Part shown: positions 49,901 to 61,900 of the stretch, piece after piece
How positions within the stretch are numbered: position 1 is the first letter of the stretch
Layout: each line of letters begins with the position of its first letter
Assembly: GCA_040954595.2 (NCBI GenBank)
Contig: CM082577.2
Span: 10,441,846-10,505,845, forward strand
Origin: Balanoglossus misakiensis
Taxonomy: Eukaryota; Animalia; Hemichordata
Length of the DNA: 64,000 nt
Direction: 5' to 3'
Notes under the pieces: generated by a model
Told to the model about the DNA's origin: nothing
Seen by the model: only the letters and a program-made list of their open reading frames with translations
Databases searched by the model: none
Position numbers and translations under genes: made by a program

Positions 49901-52900
49901 TTTAGGTCAAAATTGAAAAATGTGACCCAGTCTGCTCAAAATAGAAATTCAACCTCAACCCATCCTTTTATAACTTCCTGAATTGGGACTTTTAATTGAA
50001 CTTTGACCTTGCGCTTGTCTCTCTGACCTTTGACCTTGTCTTGCAGTTGTTCAAGGGTAAGTTCCACTACTGCAAAGGCTACGACGTCAGACATATCAAG
50101 AACAAAACGCAGTGTCTAGATGACCCTGATAACCAGTGGTTGAACCAGCGCTACAACTTCGATAATCTGGGACAGGTAAACAAATCGGGCTTTGATATTT
50201 AATTATATATGGACATCATGTACACATGTAAACAAATGAAACTGATAAACGGTTTAGAAATTTTGTATTTTGATTAAACCTTTATTTTGAGAGCGTGTTC
50301 ATAAAAAATAAAACAGTTAAAAACAGACCAAGAAAAAAATCTTTCCAGACACAATAAAAACCTTTATCATGATTACAGTAAACAGTTAGTCTAAAAACAG
50401 TCAGAAAATGTTTTGCGCCAAAAGATGCTGTTCCTATTACATCCAAAGATTTAAAAGTTGCTTTGATCAAGTCTTTCTGGAATGAGATGTCCGATTGAGT
50501 GATGTCACAAACTAAGATCTGACCTATGTGTATATGTCAACTCCTTGTCAGTGTCTGTATTTTCACCACACTGACACCCTCCGCAGTCACCAGTGTGCTG
50601 TTCGATTTTGAAGTATTTCACTGATTATATCGAGAACCTAAGAACTGAAGACAGGTTTATGTGTTTCCTTCTCTAGGCTCTGATGGCACTGTTTGTGTTG
50701 GCATCCAAAGATGGCTGGGTGGAGATCATGTACAATGGTTTAGATGCTGTTGGAATAGACCTTCAGGTTAGTTGTCCATACTTTGAACTCTGACCCCCCT
50801 CCTGGTGACCTATGACATCATGGCGACACTACATTTGACCAGGCTTTAAAGGGTGAAGGCAGTAATGGACAGCTATTATCCTTACCCAAGTTGAAATATT
50901 TTGTATGTGGCATTTAGTGCATTTGGTGTATAGCAATATATACTCCTTCCCTCCCCAAAAGGCTAATAAATAACTTTCATTGATGTGAATAACTGAGAAT
51001 TGAATATTTCTTACATGGGATGGCCTAATGAAAATTTGATCTCATGTGACAGTGCATTGAAGGCTAATTCACAGAGAGACATGTCTATGGCAAGAGTTAT
51101 GCTGATGAAGATAATTGTTAAAAAAATTTGTTCCTTTGAAAGACATTTGACATATTCTCTTGCCTTGTGAATTTTGCATCCACTTGATTTCATTGTGAAT
51201 TTCTTTTATTTGAATGCACCAATTAAAACATTTCTTTTATATGAATGCACCAATTAAAACGTTTCTTTTATTTGAATCCACCAATTTAAACATTTCTTTT
51301 ATTTGAATCCACCAATTAAAACGTGCCTTTCTTCCCTCTTTTCCTCCAACAGCCAATCAGAAACTACAACGAGTGGTTAATCCTTTACTTCATCTCATTC
51401 CTTCTGATCGTGGGGTTCTTCGTGCTGAACATGTTCGTGGGCGTGGTGGTGGAAAACTTCCACAAGTGCCGGGAAGAGCAGGCGGCGGAGGAGATGAGAC
51501 GGAAGATGGAGAAGCGGCAGCGCAAACTGGAAAAGGCCAGACAGAGTATGGCAGCTGAGCTTTCTAACGGTTCGCCCGGTCGGTAATGGTGGTGCTGTTT
51601 TGCTACTTGATATACATTGCAAGGCTCTGCCCCGATCAAAAGATTTTTCAGTTATCAGAAACTGTTGTTTATTAAAATTTCGGCATCCGAAACGGAACAA
51701 GATAAACGACACGCAGGATGAAAAAAACAAAACCCCGGGAATCCAAGAAGACTTGCAATGTATCATGTGTGGTCTAGTTCACAGAAAGCTCGCACAGTTT
51801 AATGCATGAAAAAATAACGATGAAAGAAAAGCTATAGACGTTAAAATGCATGAGACTTTGCTGTGGCATTTCTGGAATAACTTATCTAGCTTCTTAATTA
51901 GTTTGTGCCACTGATTGCAATAATAACTGTAAATTCCCTTTAAATAAATTCACTTTAAAACACCCCTTAACTTTTAATGCCATCTTTTTAATGCCCATTT
52001 CCTATTCTCATTGTTTATATTGATCTCTTCATGATCAAATACAAAGAGCTTTGTTGGAGATGAGAAATTATTAATGGTATATATTTTTCTTCTATAAACC
52101 GTGTATGCCATATTGGCTCAGTTATATATGTCTTTCTTCCTTGACTTTCGCCTTTAATTTATGTTACTCAGTCTTGACCCTGTAAACAAACAACTCTGTA
52201 AACAAATAAAAACATTTCTTGCATCATTTCTTGACTTTCTCCTTGAAATTAATGTTTTTCCAAAGTGAAGGTAGCATGCTCAAAATTGACCACAATCAGA
52301 GCCCCGTCATTTGTTTTTGTTAGTTGGTAGATATTTGAAATAATGCAAGCGCAGAGTTTTGGGGGACATTTTGAATATTGCATTTTGGGAAATTTGAGAT
52401 AATTTTATTTCTCTAATTCAAATTTGGTCAGGGACCTTTCAGAATATTTCGTTTGTTTTGAGCACTTCAAAAAGAGGCAGCTCTTGTGAAAAATTCCAGG
52501 AAACCTTATGCTTGCTTTTCCCAGAAAGAACCCTCTTTAATAGAAACAGGGCTGCTTATCACATCTCCTTAGCGCTTGTCATTTGGGTTGTAGGGTTTCT
52601 TGTCACTTTTTGCTGGGATGCGTCACATACAAATTGCTAGTTGCTACTAACACAGGGTTGATAAAACAGTCCTTACTGGTGTAAGCATGCTTTTCTGCAA
52701 ATGCAATAAAGTGTTCATAACTGTCTTGAATTCATACTAAAAATTATGTGGAAAAAAATAACCAATTGCCTGCTTAGGAATGTCGGTGCGTAGATAACAT
52801 GCATTGGTGTTGTTGGTAAAGTCACATCGAATTGTTAAACACATTAACATAATTAACACTCAAAGGTTCATCTCCCAGCATGCTTTGTGACTCCCGGCAT

Positions 52901-55900
52901 GCATCAGCTAAGTGATGCATGAGTGTAATGTCGTTCAGATTAACATTAAACGCCAAATTTTGTGAATGAATGGAGACACATGAAGTAGCCCAACATCATG
53001 CCGTGTGCATTTCGTAGAATGAAATGCTCGAATGTGATGTCATGGGTTTTTTCTTTTCCAACATCTAATCTTGAGTTGGTATCTTTTCCGTTCTGTTTTC
53101 ATTGTGTTCTCTTTCATTTTTCATTACCCATTTGTGTGTGTGTCTTCAGCATTAATCCAATGCATCTTGTTGTGTTTATTTTATCAGTTTTCTATCTATT
53201 TTAACATCCTGAGACCACATCTTATTTTTCATTGCACGGGGTCAAACAATGGAAGAGACGATGGCTGACTACAGTACACAGCCTCCCTCTCTCCATTTTT
53301 GAGCCTAGCAGTGTCATCTTATCTATCTTTTCATGTTCCTTTGAAGACTTTTCATCTGATCATTTCATTTACTTCACCTTTGCTCTCGTCAGTATCATTT
53401 ACAAGTTCTACACCATCCTTATCCTATGATATTTTGGGGGGAGGAGGGTCTGCATTGATCGTTCCTATATTAATTTTAGAATTGTGAAAATCTGCAGCCA
53501 TATTTGATACATTCAGTAACTCTCAGTTTGTGTGAGACTCATATAGTTCGATGTGAATTTAATTGTAGATTATGTGATTGCGGTTAATGCACCAAATTGC
53601 TGAGAAAAAAATTTATATAAACATTTAATTTAGTTTTATTGTGCTGTAAAACACAATTTCTGCCCTACCGATTAGGAAATACATGTAGTTGAGAATGAAA
53701 GCCAATCCAGACATAAAAGTCTCCTGAGTCTAATACTGAAATTCATTTGTGGTCATTACCAGTGTTGTAGATTGCATCCAGACAAATTAAATATTGGATA
53801 GTGTAGACTGTAGCTATTTGCGAATGTAACCATGATTTCCCCAGTCTCTTTGCACTCCCTCAGGTCTGCACAACAGGCAAATTTCAGAGAAAAGTCCCAA
53901 GTATTCCAACTAAAAGATGTCGTCATACCCTACATTTGATTTTAGTCAGATTGCACATAGGGTTGTCAGAATTCTAGGTCATCATCATCATCATCATCAT
54001 TTTAAGAGTTTATAGTTTTCATGACATTGTGTTCAAGCATTCTTCCTGTGAATTATTTTATTGTGTAATTATGATTAGATGCGACATTTCTTCCTCTGCT
54101 GTTTCTTTGTAGTCCCCGCTGGGCAAGGTCGGGAGCAGAGAGGTTCACAGAATGTCTCTGTCTGCATGCAAGATTCATTTTCCTTTTGAGTCAGCAGAAG
54201 GATAATACCTCTCTTGCACACATATTTACTACTGTTTATTTACAAAACATAATCCAATGGCTTTACTGAGAGCCATTTCTTTTTTTCATATTCAAACCTA
54301 TTTCTCAGACATTCTTTTATCAAAATTAGCAGAGAGAAGTGTAATACACTGCTTTGCTATTTTGTTTTGTAGTATAATCCAATATGGCTGCCGTTTGGCT
54401 TTGTAACTTTTTAACACAAACTGTCGTTAGCCAGACGTGTCTGAACTCTTTTCTTTCAGTGTTGACACAAGGAAATAAAAAATCATTAAATTTGTTTTGT
54501 GTTACAATCCAATATGGCTGCCAAACAGCCATTTTGTTTTAATGTCCAGAGTCATAACTCGGACATGTCCGGAATGGTTTCTTTGAACGGATTTTGGACA
54601 AAGCTACATCTTTCTTTTACAAATCAATTAATTTTTGAATCCGACATGAATTCAATATGTCTGGTAATTTTTTTGCATGTCTTGAACCATTGCCCAGCCA
54701 TACCTTAGCTGACTTTTTTGGGGGTTACAAAACAGGACAAGACTTATTTATGCATGGAAATAAGGTCTCTTGTCCCAAGTACCCTACGTTCATCTGAATC
54801 GAGTACCAGCGGGGGACTACTGTATCATCTTCAATGACTTGATTTATTTGTTGTGTCTTTCTTGTAACTTTCTAGGAGCTCAAGAGACACCCTATTACAT
54901 GAACTATTGCCGACCCCGTAGAGTCATACATGATTTGATAATGAACAAATATTTTGATCTGATAATTGCTGCAATTATAGGCCTCAATGTCATTAGCATG
55001 GCCATGGAGTTTTACGATATGCCCCAGGTGAGTGCCAGTAGTTTATGTTTAAAGGTCAAGATCGTCTTGTGTGCATGTGCCGAACCAGAGACTCTGGTTA
55101 CAAAATGTGCTGTCCTAACAACAGACAAGATGGCGGCGACCATAGTCTGTGTCGGAGATCCACTATTTTAATGTGTTGAACGCAAAATTTGCAGAACATT
55201 TGGATTGGATGTAATCATGCGCATAAGATGATCATTGGCCTTTAATTCATTCTGTCCAATTTTAATTTTGTTTGACATCGTTTTGAAAAGTAGACAGTGC
55301 TACAGGACAATGTGTTAGAACGAACAACTTGAGTTTCCACATTCTACAAATTGTAACAAACCTGGAATGCATGTTACTTTTTTTATACTTGGCTAATAAA
55401 TATTCAGTTGTACTTCGAGAAGAACTCATTTTTCAAATGGCCTCTTCTTGTCTCTTGCAGAAACTGATCGACGTTTTACAAATCGTAAACTACGTATTCA
55501 CTGCGGTCTTCATCGTGGAAGCAATATTAAAAAATATAGCTCTAGGCATCGTGAGGTATTTCAAAGACAGGTGAGTCTTATCTCTGCGTTTCTGTTCCCT
55601 CTTGTCGTGCTCACATACAAAGACGTTGATTGCAATATAACTTGGGCATGAATGCCGTTTCCAAGAAGACTAAATGGGCAGTTCCATTTGCATGATAGGG
55701 GTGGAAGAACAAATGAGATTTGAGCAACAAGAAAAAAGGGTATGACGTAAATGAGGACTGTGGGGCTTCATGTGATTATCTCCGTCCTTGGAAAAAGTGA
55801 AAGTAATAACCAATTATGAAATGAGGAAACTTGTTCTCATTCTTCTCTATTACCTATCATAAAAAAGACAGAAACCTCACCCTATTTTTCTTTGCTCGCT

Positions 55901-58900
55901 GAATGTAATCTGATGTTTATGGCTGAAAGGGAATTTGTAAAAAAGGGCGTTGACCCCGCCAGCCGCTTTCCAAACGCTTGACGTCCAACACTGCCCTCTA
56001 TAGATCAGCCGGAGCGGAGCCCGTACCTTACACTGTACAGTTATCCTTTGAGTATTGCAATAAAACATGAACTAGAATCATTAAGCGTCACAGCTTACTA
56101 AACATGATAAGGTGATTTGTATGTTGACATTTTGCTCTCACCAGGTGGAACCAGTTAGATATGTTAATTGTAGTGCTCTCGATACTCGGCATAGTTCTAG
56201 AAGAGCTGGCAGGGTCCGAACTCCCCATCAATCCGACCATCATTAGGGTTATGAGGGTTCTTAGGATAGCAAGAGGTAAGTTCTTTTGTGTCATTGTGCC
56301 ATGTACATATCTATGTGCACTAGATTCATGTGCACATGTTTGGACATACATGTAGCTATGAACACATACTGGCCTTCACATGACATGAAAATATTTAATG
56401 TACATGCGGTCAGATTTTAAGCCTACCTGTAGATACATGTTACACACTTTGATATCTATATGTACACATGATTGAACATCATATCTGTACATCATACAAT
56501 ACTTTGATATACTCAAATACAATACTTCACAAACAAGAACTATCTATGTACACATAATTGAATACACATTGATATGAATGTATGTACCTGTTTTGAAACA
56601 CTTGTTTGATTCTTGAACATATTTATGTGCTACATGAACATGATATAGTTTGGGTAGTCTGATGCATGCAACATGCTTTCATGTTTTTGTGGGATGTTAT
56701 AAACAGTAGAAAACTGAACATATTTACAGATGTGCATGTTTCTTTTAGAGAGTTGGCCATGAGACGAAAATCGGCTGTCTGATCAAAGACAGCTTATTTT
56801 AAAATCTCATACCCAGCTCTCTCTCATTGAAACAGACTCACCAACAAAAGCAAAGTTAAAGTAAACATAGCTTCTATTTTTGATACTAGAAGTGCTGTGT
56901 TGAATTCTTTTGCAGATTGGTAGTTTTTCAATGCATGATACGAATATATACTAACCTTAGAACTTTTTTCAGCGATGGCTGTTGCACATGAAAATGCTCT
57001 TCTGCTTTTATACATCAAAAGTTTTTGACCATACAAACATTCTCAGAAACCACTCACATCAATTACACAACAGACTACGTGTTTACAAACAAACATTTTG
57101 CACAAAAATTGAGTGATCGTGATTGGTTTCATTTTTTTTTTCAAACAATCATTTAAAAAAAATAATTTTTGTTTTTTAAAAACCTGTGTTTCAAAAAATC
57201 AGATGAAAAAAAAATTGTTTTTGTTATCTTTGTACAGATAAGTGTCTAATGATGATTTGTTTGGCAGACTTTGACAATTCGAAAACAAAATTATTGGAAA
57301 AAACATTGAACCAAACTGAATATGAAGCATGTCGTGATTATGCATGTTTTTTTTAATTATTTCAGTGAAGAGTGTGGGCTTTTAGTTTGTTTGTTTTTCT
57401 ATGCAATGAAATTCTACGTTTTAACATGTTTATTTTTACAACTTTATTTTTCATTTTATTTTCTCCAAGTATGATTTCTGGGTGCATTATCCATACCAAT
57501 GAAACTAACACCAATATACAACAACACCCTATCCCCATTCTCCTCTGGCACATTTATTCTCAGAACCTTTTTACACTAGACACAAGTAATCTATGCACTT
57601 TTATTTCAATGATGTCAACACTGTGCTGGGTGTATCCTCTTTTCATCGGACACCTCGTAAACTGTTCTAATTCTTCTTCTGTGACATATTACTCTCTCCT
57701 TCTACATTGCTTACACCACCTCGGGGCAGTCTTAAAACTGATGCGGACAATGACAGGCTTACGGTCACTGCTAAGTGTTCTCATGATAGCAATACCAGAG
57801 GTAACATTGCCAACGTCTGCATGCTGTCGTCAACCAGTGGTGACATCGCTCTCTCCTCTCGAACCCCCGGTCGTCAGGAAACGAGAGAGAAAGGGAGAGC
57901 GAGAGCGAGAAACAGTAGCATTCATAATACAGAGATGCAGCGTGGAGCGCGTGCGTGCGTGCGTCTGGTCGGAGATGTTCTCAGAAATTCGACCCCCCCC
58001 CCCCAAAAAAAAAAAAAAAAAAAAAAAAAAATTATCGGCAATTCAGAGTTTTCTGGGCAATAGACAAAAAAGAATAATTTTGCACGCAAGTAGTCCAGAA
58101 CAGTTGGGCTTGTTAATGCCAAAATTTTGCAAATCACGTCAGACGACACGGCGCGTACGACACGCTGCGTCTCGCGACACAACCGATAGGCCTTGCTTAT
58201 TACAGTCACCTCTCATCCATTAGCACCCGCTCACAAAAACCTCCTGGCTAACCACCACCACCACCACCAACCACCACTGCCACACCAACCGTCGTGCTTG
58301 GGGAAAGCTGTATGTTTGATGTTTGTCCCTGATTTTACTTCTTCCCCCCTTTTTAGTTCTCAAGTTGCTGAAAATGGCCAAGGGTATTCGTCAGCTCCTT
58401 GATACGGTCCTTCAGGCTTTGCCACAGGTAAAATCTCAGACACATCAACCACCAAACAAAAAAATATAGGAACAAACAAAAAGAAGTTATAAGGGCAGAA
58501 ATACCACCGAGAGTGGAGGAATTGATGTCCCCGTCATCAGTTTAATCATTGCTTTTGGAAATTGGTTGTGAGAGTGTGTGTGAGAGTGAGATCATCATCA
58601 TTACCATCATCACCATCATCATCTATAGTGTAAAGTTAAACTGCTATGTAGACATCTTCTAGAGCGCCCACATAGCCATCGTCCTACCCTTACTGAATAA
58701 GACTGATGCGAAACCAGGAAAATTCCACAAAAGTAGGAAAAAAAATGTCTGTGCGCTTTCTGGTGAAGGGAACTTGCGGCTTCCTCGTCCTTTACGAGAT
58801 TATTACTCAGAAATAAAAACAAAGGCAAAAAAACTTGAACAAAATTTGAAAAAAAATGTGTGCTGTCTGGTGGAGGGAACGTGCCTCTTTCTCTGTCCGT

Positions 58901-61900
58901 CTTTATCTTCCTTCATCTCATTTGGTGAAATTCGTCCTAAATATCGCCTTCATCATCGTGTGCTTGTGATCATTCTGTGACGTGGCTGCTCTCATCAGAT
59001 ATTTCCAGATGAATTTGATGCATTCATGGTCATTTTTACATTTTATTTATCGTTTGGAGGGTCACAAAATTCAATTAGATACTCGGGGCATTTACCCAGT
59101 CGCTGTACGTCCTATCCTCTCCAAAATCACCAGCCAAATTTTTCTAAAAAAAGACCCCTTTTTTGCATTTTTTTCCACCAAGTGATAATTTTGCTGAGTA
59201 AGAGATTTATTGAGTCTGTGACACCGTCGCTTATAAAGCATCTACTTCTTCAGTTTTGCTTAGAATTAGAGAGGCACTCATTTGCTTGTTAGATTTTTAG
59301 ATACCCTCGTAGAATCACTGTCACTATAGTATCGCTTGGTGCTTTTTTTTGGTCACGTCATCTTTTTGACAGGTAAAATTGTCGCAGAAACAGATTTGAA
59401 TTTTTGATAGGAAATGTTGCTTTCCTTTGTTGCCATGTGAACTAACTGTGCATCTTGCCTTTTGTTCGCCGTGTTAGGTTGGAAATCTGGGGCTGTTGTT
59501 TTTCCTTTTGTTCTTCATATTTGCTGCCTTAGGGGTGGAGCTGTTCGGAAGGCTCGGTGAGTAGCTTGACTTTATGACCTTTGACTCCCCGCAGCAAGTG
59601 CCCTTTGACCCATGACCTCAGCAACAGGTAGTGTCACACTAGTGAACTTCAATTATAACATACTGGTACTCTTGGACTTGTCAGGAGAAATACGCAAGGT
59701 AAAACTCACTGATGAGTTTTGGCAGAACTGCTCGAAATAACTTTCTAAAGCTCATGTTTACTAATCTTTGATGTTTCGTTGTGTGGGGTGTGTTGACATT
59801 TTTCTCTCTATTTTTCCTCCCGTGCAGATTGCACAGACAGTAATCCGTGTGCAGGCTTGGGAAGACATGCCTCATTCCGTAATTTTGGCATGGCGTTCCT
59901 GACTCTGTTTCGGATTTCTACTGGTGACAACTGGAACGGGATCATGAAGGTATACTCTGCCGTGCTTTTGTTTTTTCCTTTATAGTTTCTTCTTCTCTCA
60001 GGAATTCAAGAATTGTCGGTTGTAAGTGGTGTAATTACCGGCATGCATCAGGATTGTTGCTGTCGTCGTTTCCCCCCATCCAATAAAATCAATCAATTTT
60101 ATGCCCCTTTCAATTTTCAGGACACCTTGCGCACGGCGCCCATGTGCGACAATTCCTCCAACTGCGAGTACAACTGCTGCGCCAGCCCCATCCTCTCGCC
60201 CATCTACTTTGTGAGCTTCGTGCTGATGGCCCAGTTCGTGCTGGTCAACGTGGTTGTGGCCGTGCTGATGAAACACCTTGAGGAGTCGCACAAGATGGAC
60301 CAAGACGATGACGAGGAGGATCAGGAGATCGCCGCCGAGATCAAGAAGGAGATCGAGGAGGAGGAGGCTCGCAAGCGCAAAGAAGATGAGGTGGGTCAAG
60401 TTTTCTTTTTATTTGTTTTCTTACGAATAACTTGTGTTATAGTTCACTTTGTTGTTTTAGCTAGCGTTTGACACGATCAAAAGTAGACGTCGTCCAAACT
60501 GTGAATGTTGTATTGTGGAGCAAAAGAAACTGTACACCGGTATCGCCCCGCCCTAATTTTATCCAATCCAAAATTGTATTAATTGATTATAACCCATCTC
60601 TCTCTCCTTACTGTCTTTACTCAACCAGAACACTTCATTTGTTGTCTGTCACTGTGTGTAACAGTAACATTTGCTGTTTCCTCACGCACTGTCATGTTGT
60701 GTCCTCTTCTCCCCTGCCAGCATTAACCAACACAAAACCCATATAATAACATGTACAACTTTATAAGATGTTAGTAAAGCTTTGGACAGGCACTGACGTA
60801 GCATTACGGGGCTGTGATTGGTTATTGGCCATAGGTGTCATAAAGACCTGAATGGAATTGACCAATCAGAACTGCACTACCATAAACTTGCTCTTACCGC
60901 AGACTCCCTAGTTCACTCACTTGGTGTAACGTTCTCCTGAGACAAATCCACTACCTCAGCACTTCATGCTTTAGTTGTTTTACTCATCGATGTCCATTTA
61001 TGTTTTGCCTTTTTTATTAAATTTACCATCATTTTTCTACAACCCATCCCATCATTTTTCTACAACTCATCCCATGATCTTCTCAGGAACTGGGACCAAC
61101 ATGTGGTCTGCTGCAGGTATTTATTTACTTCTGCTTGCCTGTTTAATTTTACTACATAGCTTTTTTTTGTTGTCATGCTCTCTTTCTAATGTCCATCACC
61201 TTTTAAGCATGTGCAATATGCAAAACATCATCATGAATATGCAAAAAACAAACATAAATATGCAAATCACTATGATGATCAATCCCCCTGTGGCCATCCT
61301 CGCAACTGAATGTGTATTTTTAGGATTTCCACACCACCACCAAATTTGTTAGCATTGACCCCACTCCATCTTTTGTTCTATTTAATTGTGTAGAATTTAG
61401 AGTACAAGTACAAGGCACGAGTTTGAATTAAAAAATTCAGCAAGTTTTAACCAACTTGTATTTTATTATTTTTATGTACAATTTTGTCAGATGACTGATT
61501 CATACTGTAATTCTGTAATCCAAGAAAAACTCAAACATGAGTTAAATGTGAAGGTAAAATTTTTACCTCAAATCTCAAGAAGGTAAAATATTGACACAAA
61601 AACAATTTTGTGTGACCTTACTTACTTACTTTACTACAAAATTTCATTTTTTTATTCACCACAGAATTTTTGCTTGTCAAAATTCTTATTTTGTCTCGTT
61701 GCCTATGGATACAGTAATCTCTTTGAACTCAAGTTTCAATTTTGTAATTCTCCGATCACATTTGCTGTGCAAAGAACTGGAGGTGTTCTCAACTGTCTAT
61801 TCTCAAAATCGTTACTGTCCATTCAATATCAAAGTGCGACTCTGCTGAGCTGTTGTTGCCGATTTTCTCCACATTGCCATGGCAACCTGTCGTCAGATGT

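Noticed and set aside
57372-58223. 283-aa ORF as a separate gene
   Set aside because: Only 57730-57800 is channel-like; the rest is low-complexity intron read-through including a poly-A run.
58739-58900. Diverged direct repeat (aaaaaatgt...tctggtg.agggaac.tgc) as a duplicate of the IVS5 exon
   Set aside because: No suitable acceptor/donor pair and no real similarity to VGNLGLLFF.
60052-60120. In-frame upstream acceptor adding DCCCRR... to the D4L6 loop
   Set aside because: The CAG at 60049-60051 lacks a pyrimidine tract, and the added segment is the normal acceptor region; likely a chance open frame.
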